64,000 bases of DNA from Piromyces finnis finn (taxonomy: Eukaryota; Fungi; Neocallimastigomycota): contig MCFH01000061.1 in assembly GCA_002104945.1 (NCBI GenBank), positions 186,001 through 250,000 on the forward strand. The letters are read 5' to 3'. A program made the translations under genes and the position numbers. Within the stretch, counting starts at the first letter, position 1; every line of letters starts with the position of its first letter. Below, one piece after another: positions 10,701-27,702 of this stretch. The notes beneath the pieces were generated by a model, which ran no database searches, was not told where the DNA came from, and worked only from the letters and a program-made list of their open reading frames with translations.

Positions 10701-11728
10701 TGGATGCTCATAACATTGGACATGAAGGATATTATAAAACTTATCAACGTCTGAGAAAAAGCTATTATTGGAATGATATGGTTAACGATATTCGACGAGT
10801 TGTAGCAAAATGTGAAAAATGTCAACTTAATCGCCCTCAACCGTATCCAGAACCTATAGAAAATCTTCCAACTGAAGTTGAAGCTCCCTTCACCCATCTG
10901 GGCTTAGATATCATTGGGCCGTTAGTAAAAACTCGTAATAATAATCAATATATTATAGTGGCAGTCGATCATTTCACAAAGTGGGTTGAAGCCGAACCCA
11001 CTGCAAGTATTACCTCAAAAGATGTTATAAAATTTTTAATCAACGTCTTCTCTCGACATGGAGTACCACAGGTTATTACCACTGATAATGGTGTCCAATT
11101 TACATCCGATATGACAAAGGTTTTTCTTGATTTATATGATGTTTATGTAAGGTTTGTATCAACCTATCACCCAGAAAGTAATGGTTTGACTGAAAATAGA
11201 AATAAAGAAATTGGAAAGCTTCTAAGATTACTTGGAACAGAAAACAAGGATTGGGATGAAGTTTTGCCTTCTGCCCTATGGGCGCTTAGAACTACTAAAA
11301 ATACTGTCACGAACCACTCTAGCTTTGAATTAGTCTATGGACGAGAGGATCAGCAACCCTTTGATATTGCTGCTAGACCTACTAAGGGTACTAATCAGTC
11401 TTCGGATGAAATCTTACTTGAGAAGTTTATTAATCATTACAGGTGGACGTTAGAAGCTTGTGAGAATATTAAAAATGCAAATAAGTACTGGGTTGCTAGA
11501 AGGGAAGAAAAACAAAGTATGACCAAGGGCAAAAATATCCAGATCGGTGATCTAGTATTAGTTAGAAATTTTAACCGAACAAAGTTAGAGCCTTATTTTG
11601 TTGGACCACTCAAAGTTGTCAAGAAACAATTTAATACGATTACATTAGCTGATATATCCACTGGAATGCAGATGAATCGAAATGTTCATCTTAAGAACAT
11701 TGTAAAGTTTAACTCTGCTTTTACGTAA
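7739..11728 (+). CDS. pol: Pol of element G (linker-PR-RT-RNase H-IN), probably translated by -1 frameshift from about 7676
   Basis: LLVDSCSNL protease, NFIDD RT, TDAS RNase H, H-H-C-C zinc finger, DIIGP/TDNG/ENRN integrase; uninterrupted 1329 aa; no chromodomain. Confidence 0.95.
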   Translation: MSSEETTSQSDWSKDDDEDGENESDFEDTDINENFLVCANKRKLDKIGKEQDDNKEKRLHKSLKNDPRPILTPALRKGKAQELENIPIDFSLKQMHPSIISQPNIRKQKLKERKLRDIERASSSEQKEEGKRKSTSPDEDLIIIDYDEEEILSANTDKKNAKVVENDNPSESTRPTSNSTLNKLMTEQKKEKPAGSKGKKTARNIQMIADSEEYNVVKDLNETKCNITFGQLLNSAPKLRKQVSEGLKLEKNDTKIVGALDNFNATSVLVNNVDHSYVSKSKEVSEEDIAMVDATVDGVPGKLLVDSCSNLSIITKKYLDKLPHQYESIGLSCGRIRLATKNDDYSEGIIIRVPVQINDLTITADFRVVDKEDPFYDMLINLKTQMDNNLFIHPLRYSLCRFNSNGFVEDIAPINNKNDEEEKVMCMIRRVGDEDFKSDLKKIEGLPPSEYIHNKNFTETLNEKYREQIVRILEENIEIIATSSKELTPSKLTPHKINLKPGAKPIKQRSYRLAKFKSDILKEELSKLINKKLIEPSYSEWSSPVVLVPKHNGKWRMCVDYRKVNDLSEKDAYSIPFIDEIFDSLHGATIFTTMDLYSGYHQILMDEESIELTSFTTKFGNYQFKVMPFGLTGAPATFQREMNRILFPLIGKCVYNFIDDILIYSKNIEEHIEHINQVLAIFRENKLKINIEKCHFMQTEVDVLGHRLTTEGLKPLDSKIQAIKSWKPPSNIHELRSFLGSIGYYRDFISNYAKLTAPLCKLLRKGVPFNWCNEQQESFIILKEKLINAPILKFPDFEKEFIIRTDASYEGIGGVLLQKEGTDIEHPIHYISRSLTKAEKNYGITDLEGTALFYCITKLKPYIMGSPFKTIVYTDHKPLIGLFKNKEPNNARQTRWCLTASMLGVDIRYEQGKKNVVADALSRMRNKKDKKVIAAKINKGIEETMLSRVIKEFVEEKFTKIDGVDYFIDGRNYRKLITETNEKLKLILDAHNIGHEGYYKTYQRLRKSYYWNDMVNDIRRVVAKCEKCQLNRPQPYPEPIENLPTEVEAPFTHLGLDIIGPLVKTRNNNQYIIVAVDHFTKWVEAEPTASITSKDVIKFLINVFSRHGVPQVITTDNGVQFTSDMTKVFLDLYDVYVRFVSTYHPESNGLTENRNKEIGKLLRLLGTENKDWDEVLPSALWALRTTKNTVTNHSSFELVYGREDQQPFDIAARPTKGTNQSSDEILLEKFINHYRWTLEACENIKNANKYWVARREEKQSMTKGKNIQIGDLVLVRNFNRTKLEPYFVGPLKVVKKQFNTITLADISTGMQMNRNVHLKNIVKFNSAFT

Positions 11729-13488
11729 GCAAGAGTCTTCGTGGGGGCACTTGTTAAGGAACCAACAAATAATGTTATTTTTGTCATAATTAATGATTAT
11801 GACCTAATCCATTATTGTTCCTAAATGTATGAAAACTTTACAATATTCTAATTTGTAAATTAATGTATACATGAAAATTATATTTAAATTTATTAATGAT
11901 TATTTTATTAAACTTAAATTTTATTTTATTAAATTTAAAAATTAATTTAGTAATAATAAAGTAATAATAATATATTGAAATTATAGTTTATTGAACTTTT
12001 AGTTTAATTTATCAAGTTAATGAATTTTTATTAATTAAAATTATGAATAATATTTCTGTAAAATAGTAAAATTCTTTAGTTAAATATATGTGAAGTAAAC
12101 TTTTAATGTATGTTAATCAATTCAATAATATGTATAATTATTTATTATAATAGTAATGTAATTTTATTATTAATTTAAAAGTAATTTAAATACAAAATTT
12201 AATGTAATAATTAAAGTCTAATTCTTTTAATTAACACTACTTAAATTTCTACAAAAGGTATAAAAAGGTGTATATTATAAGAATTAGAAGAGAGAGATAA
12301 TTTTATTTTTATTTTTATTTTTATTTTTGTAATTATATATTCTTAATATTTTAATAAAACAAACTTATTAATAAAACAATTTTTCTTATTTAATTTTAAT
12401 ATTATTTTTGAGTATTGATAAATTTATTAATATTTTATAAATAAAACTAAATTCCTCGAACCATAACATTGTTGATACAAGATGCATAGAAAAATATAAT
12501 ATTTTAAATATTTTATGAATAATATCTAATCCTTTTATAAATTGTATATCAATTACTAATGATAATAATAATTAAACTATATTAGTATAAATTATTATGA
12601 CGCAAATGTTACACATACATTAGAATAATTAGTTACACAAGAAAGGAAAAGATATAAAAGGGAGTGTTAAAGCAGAAGATATCAAAGGAGGGAGAACTTT
12701 TCATTTATAAATAATATTTGATATTTTAGTTTTAAGTATTAGTTTTATTTTATTTTTATATTAATAGTTTTAGTTTAAGTTAGTTTTAGGTTAATAATTA
12801 CGTATTTAGTATTTATTATATTTCATTCCGTTTAAATATTAATTATAAAAGAAAAGAATATTTATTGTTTATTTTTATTATTTCAGAAAAGTTATATTTT
12901 ATCATTAATAATACTTTTATCAACATATTTTTATATTTCACATTATATTTTACTATTTATATTTATTCAATAATAACTTTCGATCCTATTAGTATTGAAT
13001 GTTATTAATGTTATAATCATAATAATAATACTAATTAAATAAAGAATCTTTAAACCAAAATCTATTTAATTATATTATTATAAAATTTATTATTTTTATT
13101 ATTTATTTTTATTATTATAAAATAGAAATAAATACAATATTAACTAATATATTATTCATATATCATTCCCTATTGCTAACGTTCATAATTATATTTTATT
13201 TATGGTGTTTTTGAAATATATTGCATCATAAAATTTGGTGGAGAATCCGGGCGTAGCAATATTGAATAATATGAAACATTAATAGTATTATTTCTATTCT
13301 AATTATATTTATTTTTTTTATTTATTTTATTACTTTTAATTAAAATAAGTTCTTTTATATAAATAAAACTTTCTACTATAAAACTATTAATTATACACAA
13401 ATATTATTATATATATATAAAATTATTATAACAATAATATATAAGAAGTTATTATATAAATTTATTTTAAAATAAATAAATAATTAAA

Positions 13489-14946
13489 ATGGTTGACGCC
13501 ACTAAAGTAAAAAGAGACCTTCCATACCTCTGCGATTATGGAAAGGATATTGATTCTTGGATGGAGGATTTTATAAGTGTCATGGAGATCCATGATATAC
13601 AAGAGCCCTCTAGAATATTTGTGTGGTTAAAAGTTGCCGTTGAAGCGGATATCAAGAATGTTTTGAAATCTTTATGTACCTCTCATAATAACGTTAAAAG
13701 GTATCCTACTTATAAAGAGGTACAATCTGCTATTGAAGATTATCTGGAAATAAAACCAGGGGATAAATGTTCAGTATTAAAAACATTAAAAATTAAACAA
13801 AATGAAACTATAAAAAGCTTCAACTATAAATACTTAACTCTTTACCACCGCTTGGAAAGAGATTTTATGAAAATTATTTCTGTGGATGACTATTTAAACT
13901 CTATTAAGAAAAGAGTTTATCCACACTCCCAAGTTATATTAGCCGAATGTGAAACATTATCTGAAGCTTTTAAAGTTGCTGAAAAGGCTGAGAAAGCCGA
14001 AAGAAGAACCCTAGAAAGTACTGAAACTAACAATATTTCTATGGTATACCAAAATACAAAAAATACTCGAAATGTTTTGTTAAACCATCCGTTATATAGA
14101 GGATTAGTAGATGATGATAATGTTAATATTAACCATAGCAATTTTAATAACTCTTATTCAAATTATGTACAAGAAAAGCCTATCGGAAGATCCTATCCAG
14201 GTATCCCAAGAAATTATGAAAATGTGTACTTTAATAATAGTAACTTCCGGAGTATCAGATGTTACTATTGCAAGCAAATGAGACATAAAGCTAGTGAATG
14301 CCCAAATAAAAGAGAAAGAAATAATTTCAATAATTTCAATAATTTTAATCAATTTAATAATCAAAGAAATTCTTATAACAGATATGGAAATTTATATAAT
14401 AATAATGATAACAATAATTACAACAATAATAGTTATTTAAATGGATTTAACACTAATACTAATAACAACAACCAAAAGGATAATAGAAATATTAATGAAA
14501 ATAATTATATGGATTATTATCATAAAAATAACTATAATAATATGAATAACAATTATTATATGTACACCAATAATGATTATAAGAAAGGTAATTTTAATCC
14601 AAATGGAAATTACAATTATAATGAAAGTAATAATATTAATAGCTACAATAATTATAATAATACTATTGGATATAATGGATATAATAATAATGGTTTTAAT
14701 AGTTATAATAAAAACAACACAATGAACAATAATACATTTAATAACGTCAGTAATGTTAATAAGAATAATATGAGGAACAACATTAATGATAGTGATAACA
14801 GGAACAATATTAATAATAATTACCCTAATCAATTAAATAATCAATATTATAATAATTATTATAGTAAGACCTTACCAGAAAATAATTACAATAAAGCAAC
14901 CAAAATAAATTTAAACAATCCATCTGAATCAAATAATTTAAACTAG
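13489..14946 (+). CDS. gag: Gag of element F with zinc knuckle and long Asn/Tyr-rich tail
   Basis: CYYCKQMRHKASEC knuckle; ETIKSFNYKY motif; ends T TTA AAC TAG followed by a TGGGAG/CTCCCA stem. Confidence 0.9.
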   Translation: MVDATKVKRDLPYLCDYGKDIDSWMEDFISVMEIHDIQEPSRIFVWLKVAVEADIKNVLKSLCTSHNNVKRYPTYKEVQSAIEDYLEIKPGDKCSVLKTLKIKQNETIKSFNYKYLTLYHRLERDFMKIISVDDYLNSIKKRVYPHSQVILAECETLSEAFKVAEKAEKAERRTLESTETNNISMVYQNTKNTRNVLLNHPLYRGLVDDDNVNINHSNFNNSYSNYVQEKPIGRSYPGIPRNYENVYFNNSNFRSIRCYYCKQMRHKASECPNKRERNNFNNFNNFNQFNNQRNSYNRYGNLYNNNDNNNYNNNSYLNGFNTNTNNNNQKDNRNINENNYMDYYHKNNYNNMNNNYYMYTNNDYKKGNFNPNGNYNYNESNNINSYNNYNNTIGYNGYNNNGFNSYNKNNTMNNNTFNNVSNVNKNNMRNNINDSDNRNNINNNYPNQLNNQYYNNYYSKTLPENNYNKATKINLNNPSESNNLN

Positions 14947-15029
14947 TCTATGGGAGAAGGACAACTCCCAGTAATCAAACCAAGTTTGGCAATTCTTTTG
15001 ATTCAAATGATGAAATAAATGAAAATATT

Positions 15030-20296
<5,267 letters not shown>

Positions 20297-21109
20297 TGAA
20301 AAATACGACGACTTCAAGGGACGAAGTCTTATTTAAAGTGGGGGCATCCTGATACAAGATGCATAGAAAAATATAATATTTTAAATATTTTATGAATAAT
20401 ATCTAATCCTTTTATAAATTGTATATCAATTACTAATGATAATAATAATTAAACTATATTAGTATAAATTATTATGACGCAAATGTTACACATACATTAG
20501 AATAATTAGTTACACAAGAAAGGAAAAGATATAAAAGGGAGTGTTAAAGCAGAAGATATCAAAGGAGGGAGAACTTTTCATTTATAAATAATATTTGATA
20601 TTTTAGTTTTAAGTATTAGTTTTATTTTATTTTTATATTAATAGTTTTAGTTTAAGTTAGTTTTAGGTTAATAATTACGTATTTAGTATTTATTATATTT
20701 CATTCCGTTTAAATATTAATTATAAAAGAAAAGAATATTTATTGTTTATTTTTATTATTTCAGAAAAGTTATATTTTATCATTAATAATACTTTTATCAA
20801 CATATTTTTATATTTCACATTATATTTTACTATTTATATTTATTCAATAATAACTTTCGATCCTATTAGTATTGAATGTTATTAATGTTATAATCATAAT
20901 AATAATACTAATTAAATAAAGAATCTTTAAACCAAAATCTATTTAATTATATTATTATAAAATTTATTATTTTTATTATTTATTTTTATTATTATAAAAT
21001 AGAAATAAATACAATATTAACTAATATATTATTCATATATCATTCCCTATTGCTAACGTTCATAATTATATTTTATTTATGGTGTTTTTGAAATATATTG
21101 CATCATTAA

Positions 21110-21160
21110 TGATACGCTACTCATATAAAAACGTAATAAAAACTAGCCGAATAAACGCAA
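21110..21160. mobile_element. First 51 bp of an H-family LTR, cut by L1
   Basis: Matches 48875-48925 (TGATACGCTACTCA...GCCGAATAAACGC) with 2 mismatches. Confidence 0.8.
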
Positions 21161-21782
21161 TGTGAAGATATTAACTGGATTTAAAACAAATTCAGATAAT
21201 ATCTATAATTAATTAAACATAATAATTATAATTAAATAATTTCAATAATTATTTTAAAACACTTTTAAAAGTCACCTTTTAAATTTTGATTCAGTGAAAG
21301 GGTTATGATTTCAAAAATTTAATATCAATACACTATAACCCTTAGCCAAAAATAAGCAAGTACGAAATAAGGCGTAACTCGCCAAAAACGATCGCTACGG
21401 CTGTGGAATATATCTTTGAAACTAGGTTTGTTAGAAAGCTTAGGAAGAAAGTTACAATTTGGTACAATCGCGGTCCTTCTAACTGATCATTTAAGGAAGT
21501 TATGATCATTTAAAGATTTTAATAGGTAAATTAAAATCAATATGATATCAAGTATGGATCATAAATATTTCTTATGACTTGATGAAATTAAAAATATATT
21601 AATAGGAATTTTAATTATATTAATTTAATTAATGATAACGACTGTTACTAAAAATAGAACTAGACCCATTTAGGTGTAACAGTTAACACCTATAAATTAA
21701 ATAATCTTAATTATTATAAAATAGGTTAACGGCAAGTTTTATTAGAAATAATTTTTAAAATAATAATTATTTAATTATAACA
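21161..21782. mobile_element. Probable solo LTR L1
   Basis: TGTGAAG...TATAACA termini. Internal similarity to 50421-50560 (GAAAGGGTTA, AAAAATTTAAT, TTTGTTAGAAAG). No matching target-site duplication (TSD). Confidence 0.55.
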
Positions 21783-21786
21783 AATA

Positions 21787-22293
21787 TGTTATGTTAATAT
21801 CAATTAATAATGATGAATTATTAATTGAATAGTTTTTATAATTACTAATTAGGATCAAATGTTTAAATGATTAATCATATGTTTATTTTATTTTATGTCA
21901 TGACAAACAAACAATCAAACAAACAATTTTATTACTTATTTAATTATATTATTAATATATTACATGTAATACTTTATTCTTATTAATATCAATTTAATAA
22001 TCTGAACAAAGAATATAAAAGAGAATGAATTGAATTCGATTTTAATTCTTTGTAAAGATTATAGTTATAATCTTAATTATATAGTTACTAAATATAATAT
22101 CATTTATATTATTATTATTAAATAAATAAAAATTTATAAAAAGTTATTTTAAAAGTAAATATAAATTTTTCATTTTTCATTTGGAAGTTTAAAGTGTTAT
22201 TTTATTATCAAATTTAATTTCTTAAAAAACATATTTACTATATAATTAATAACATTCTGACCTGGCCGCATAACCAAAACCAAAAACTTAACA
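21787..22293. mobile_element. Solo LTR L2 with TSD AAATA
   Basis: TGTTATG...CTTAACA; AAATA at 21782-21786 and 22294-22298; CATTCTGACCT near the end is shared with L3. Confidence 0.75.
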
Positions 22294-22298
22294 AAATA

Positions 22299-22924
22299 TG
22301 TTATGAATATTAGTGGATTCATGATAATTTATTTAAATAATGTTTTATTCATTTAATTAATAAGAAATAATATTTTAGAAAAACATTATTTAATAATATT
22401 TTTAGAGATATTTATTAATTATAATTATTAAGATTTTATATTTATTAAAGTTTAAATAATATCTCTTTATTCATTTGATGTGGAAGGAAATTTAAATAAA
22501 TGAAATAGTTAGTCATTCCTCCCTCAAATGATTAAAATGACTTAAGCAAGTAATAAAGATAAGTCATAAGCTTAAAGTCATTATATAAATATTTAATATA
22601 TTTTAATTTATAGAATAGTTAATTATATTAAAATTGGAATCATGTATTTTATAATTAATGTAACTTTATTAAATAGAATAATTATTTATTAATTGATTTA
22701 AAAATTATAAATACTCGAAATTAATTCAACAATTTAATTTTTCGAGAAATCATTAAGCTTTATAACTCTACTTAATGATTAATAAAATATTTGATTAATA
22801 AAATGTATTAATAAATTTATTAATAAATAAAAGTATTATAATAAAACATAATTTATATTAATTTAATAAGTAGGGTTAGGGCATTCTGACCTAACTTACC
22901 TAAATTCATCTAAAATCCTTAACA
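22299..22924. mobile_element. Solo LTR L3 with TSD AAATA, inserted in the 5' LTR of D
   Basis: TGTTATG...CCTTAACA; AAATA at 22294-22298 and 22925-22929; D LTR sequence resumes at 22925. Confidence 0.8.
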
Positions 22925-23599
22925 AAATATTATTATAAAAATAATTATTAAATAATTTTATATAGTTTAGCATAAAAATATAATTTACATAAAATCAAAT
23001 ATTTTATAAATTTATATATTTGATTGGGTTAAATTATAAAAATAATTTTTAATATAAAGAATAATAATAATTTTTAGTAGAAAATAAGAAGACTTAACAT
23101 ATTAATAATAAGTTAAATTTTAATAATAGTTAATATAGTTAATTGAATAATACATAATAATAATTAAAAGACAAAAATAAGTTTTTATATAATAAAAATT
23201 ATTGTTAAAAAGGGTATAAAAACAATAAATAAAAAAAAAATATAAAAACGAAATTAAACTTTTCTAATTTGTAATTATTGTGTTAATAATAAATAATATT
23301 TTATAGAATAAATCTGGTGTTATTATTCTATATAAATATTACTAAATAATAAAACTATATATATTATAAAATAAATTAAAATAAATAATAAAACAAGTAG
23401 ATATTGTTAAAGCTCGTACAATAGCTGTCGAGATAAAACAATATAAGATAACGAATAAGTAGTTTAAAAAGTTGTAGAATAACTACCATTCCGTTATCAA
23501 GTGGTGGAGAACCTCAGTCGTCCCGTGGGAAAGCCGAAAATATAAATAATTCCTATTAATTAGTATATTTAGTATATTTATCTCATTTATTTACTAAAT

Positions 23600-25783
23600 A
23601 TGACTGAAAATAAAAACAGTTTTGAAAGAGCCGCTAGTATGGCTAAAGAAATAAGCCCTCTTGGTAAGAAAGATACTAAGTTCTTCAGATGGAAAATGGA
23701 ACTTGAAGATATTTAGAAGACTTAGCTCTTTCTGAAAAAGAAAAGAAGAGAATTGCTTTGCTTGCTACTTCTGGTAACTCAAAGGATCTTTGTAATGATA
23801 TTTATTATGAAGATAGATCCCTATCTTATAATGAATTTATCAATAAAATATCTAACTTATTTGAGGATGATAAAACCTCCAATAGAAACCTAAATAAGTT
23901 AGAAAAAATAAAAGTAAACAAAAGTTCAGTTAGAGAATTTAACCGTTCTTTTAACGACCTTTTGAAAGAAATTAGAGAAAGGGACAAGCCGTCTGAAGAA
24001 AGACTTGTTTTTCTTTATACAAAAGCTTTTAATAGGAGAACTTCTATATTAAATTCTCTTATTAACAAACAACCAAAAACTTTAAAGGATGCTATGGTCA
24101 TTGCTATTAAAGCAGATGAACTTCTATCTGCTTATGAAAGTGATGATGAATATGTATCCAATAAAAGAACTCAAAATAAAAATAATTATTATAAGAGAAA
24201 AACAGAAGTTGAAGATAAAACCTCTTATAATAAAAACAAAAATAATAGTAGTACTGATAATGAAAAGACTACTAAAGAAGAAGCTAAAGAATCAGATCTG
24301 GATGCCTTGACCAAAAGCTTTGCCCAGATGAAAATTCATGTCTGTCACCGTTGTAACCAGAGAGGACACGATGCCCGCTTCTGCCCAACGAAATGACTGA
24401 TATGAACAAAATCATAGCTACCCTCCTCAAAACCCAAAACCATTTAAATTAGATGGGGGAAGTTCTCAATCTTCCCCTTCTAACTCCAAAATTGATAATA
24501 ACCAAACCCATAGCATCAACAACATAAATGAACAAATCTATGTTGATAATACACGTGATTCCCATAAAACAAAAATTTTTCCATATTCTAAAGAAAAATT
24601 CTCTGACTCTTTGGTGGATGATCCAATCAATGAAAAAGATAAGGATTACGTTACACGTGATCACGTGACAAATATAATCGATGATAAGGATATCTAAAAC
24701 CTTATTTATGCCTTCAAGAGAAAAAGTTCTGAAGAAAGTGATGAAAATGAAGATGATGATCACGTGACTCAGTCAAAGAAAAATAAACTTCGAGAAAATC
24801 CATTACCAATACACACAAAGGCCACTCAGATGAAAGAACAGCAAGAAATTCGAAATGAGAAAAATTCAAATTTTCATACCACTACTTCCCGCCTAGACAT
24901 CTTAGACCCCTCGGCAATTGCAGGCAAGAATATTTCTTCAGCTAAGAAGATAAACAAAGAAGCCAGAAATAAAAGAAGAATTGGTCCAGACATACCAAGT
25001 AAACAAGATGAATTAGAAGAAGAAGTTACAGATAGTAAAAAATCTCCAAAAAGCAACTATTACGACTTCTTACGCTCTATCGTCATGCTGGGCAAAAATA
25101 AAGAATACAATATTTTTGATGCCCTAAATAATACAAATACTGGTATCTCTTTTGCGTAATTACTTGCAGTCAGTCCTATCATCAGAAGACTTTGTGCTAA
25201 AGGTTTAAAGCCTGATCCAAATGACGTTAGGAAAATAAACGCCATTCAAAATATGGATCTTAATGATGATGATATTAATTCATTTATTAATATCATAAAT
25301 AAAAATAATGAAAACAATGATGATGCTGATAATGACGATGATGATAATATCAATATAGCAAATAATGAAATTAATGTCATTAACAAAGTTAACATTGCAT
25401 CTGTCATTGGTTCAATTGATAATAACATTGTCCGAGTTTTAGTTGATACTGGTTCTGACGTTAATGTTATTACTAAATCTTTCTTTAATTTAATTTCAGC
25501 AAATCATAATATTGCACACTTTAAGAGAACTTTCTTTAAATTAGCCAGCAAACAAGTTATTTCAACAAATCAAGCTGTTAATTTAACTCTTAAATTCGGC
25601 GATTTAAAAATCTATGCATTATTCTGGATTCTAGAAGATGAGGATTCATGTTATGATATCATATTAGGTGGTCAATCTCAAAAAGATCATAGATTATACA
25701 TTGATCCTGATGATGATTCTCTCTACATGAAAACATTCATCTGCTATTATGGTTGCTCGTCCTTTAAATTTCAAACAAAATAA
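23600..25783 (+). pseudogene. gag: gag (23600-24452, two frameshifts) and linker-protease (to 25783, stop at 25157) of D
   Basis: CHRCNQRGHDARFC knuckle; NHLN* gag end on T TTA AAT; VLVDTGSDVNVI protease; no RT, RNase H or IN follows. Confidence 0.85.
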
Positions 25784-26463
25784 AAATAATATTTCAAATA
25801 TTTCAATTATTCATTATTTCAATCCAATGAATATAAATGAATCTCAATTTAATTCATATGATAATAATATCAAAATTCAAAATTTTAATTCGACTTTTAA
25901 CAATAAAAACAAATTTTTATATTCAATTAAATTTCGACATTTATTCAAATTTAAAAATAAATATTTTTATCCAAAATATCACATTTTTCATTCTAATTTC
26001 AGCAAATTTCCAAAAAGAATTAGAAACGATTCACTTATTAAATTTTCAATTAATAAGTCAAATCTTGTCGGCCGTGATGAGGCAGAAAAAACGCCAATTA
26101 TTCACGAAAAATGCCACAAAATCAAGATATATAAAAATAAAAATAAAATTCAATTTAAATCAATAATTAAATTTCAAAAATATAATTATTTGAATATTAA
26201 TATTAACAGGAAATTAAAATCAAGAAAAAAGCGAAATAAACAAAATGATATAATCAAAAATTCATCAAATAATTCACTTAAAAATATATATTTCAATATA
26301 ATAAAAAGTGTAAAAGAAAATATTTTAAATTCAATTATTTTTAATCTAAAAGATTTCAATTATATCAAATTAGTAACTTCAGTTTTAAAACGACATTATT
26401 GTAACGAATTGTAAGAAATAATAATTATTTCAATCTAAATAATTAATATTTCTTATTAGTTTA

Positions 26464-26735
26464 ATAATTTATTTATTTATTTAGTTAAATAATATTTTAT
26501 GCACTTAATTTATTTATTTAATTTATTTAGTTAAATAATATTTTATGCACTTAATTTATTTATTTAATTTATTTAGTTAAATAATATTTTATGCACTTAA
26601 TTTATTTATTTAATTTATTTAGTTAAATAATATTTTATACACTTAATTTATTTATTTAATTTATTTAGTTAAATAATATTTTATGCACTTAATTTATTTA
26701 TTTAATTTATTTAGTTAAATAATATTTTATACATT
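26464..26735. repeat. 46-bp tandem repeat in U3 of the A 5' LTR (about 6 units)
   Basis: Unit TAATTTATTTATTTAATTTATTTAGTTAAATAATATTTTATRCACT; period 46. Confidence 0.9.
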
Positions 26736-27496
26736 TGATTTTTAAATAATATTTATATATAAGAATCCTGTAATTTAATTGTGTATTACTAATTAATTTA
26801 CATATTATATCTAAACACGGATTTACTTTAGGAAATCAGTATTTTAAGGTTTTCCCGATTATTATAATTGGTTTTACTTAAAATTTACACGATGACTAAT
26901 ATGATTAGAATATTGGTCGAAAACTTGTTTAGGTTTTTCTTCTAGTCTTTTCCTAAACATTTAATTTGTTAAGATTAGAACCCATTTATTTAACCTTAAT
27001 TTCTAATAAAAATATAAATAAGACACTCTTGAAATTCTTTAGAAATTCAAGAGTTATTATTATAAGAAAAATTAATTATAATAAATAACAAATAATTCTA
27101 TTTTAATAAAAAACATATTATTAAAACATAATTTTAATACATCTCACTCTTATCCTCCTTCCCATTTGTGTTTTTGTTGTTTATTATAAATTCTTATAAT
27201 AAACTCGCTAAGTTCTAATCTTAATTCTATATTTAATTTTTTATTATTTTTTTCTTTCTATATACATATAATTTAATATTAAATTTTAATATTGAGTTAT
27301 CAATAAGTAATTATATTGTACTATTTATTATATACATTACAATATAATTACTACAATAATAACTCTTCTCCAACAAACATTGAAAAAAAAAATACACCAA
27401 TCAAAAAAAAAAAAAATTTTTTTTTAAAACCAATCAATCAAACAAGATATATATATATAAAAAAAAAAAAAAATAGAATAAAATATTAAACCAATC

Positions 27497-27532
<36 letters not shown>

Positions 27533-27702
27533 ATAATAATAATAATAATAATAATAATTAGAATTAGAATAATAATAATTAGAATAATAAAAAAAAAAAA
27601 AAAAAATAAAATAAAATAATTATATATTTATATATATTTCCATCACTAATACTATTTTTTTTATATATAATATATTATTTCAATAATATTGGAAAAAATA
27701 AT

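Larger units (their letters stand above)
4913..12468 (+). mobile_element. Element G: full-length Ty3/gypsy LTR retrotransposon (LTRs 4913-5628 and 11752-12468)
   Basis: TGTTAAGG...CATAACA LTRs of 716/717 bp, nearly identical. PBS TGGTGGAGATATCGGGGA at 5636-5653; PPT-like GTGGGGGCAC at 11741-11750; gag plus PR-RT-RH-IN. Confidence 0.95.

Noticed and set aside
25749-26414. 221 aa ORF after the D protease
   Set aside because: K/N/I/F-biased, no RT motifs, and runs into the C LTR; a chance ORF in AT-rich DNA.
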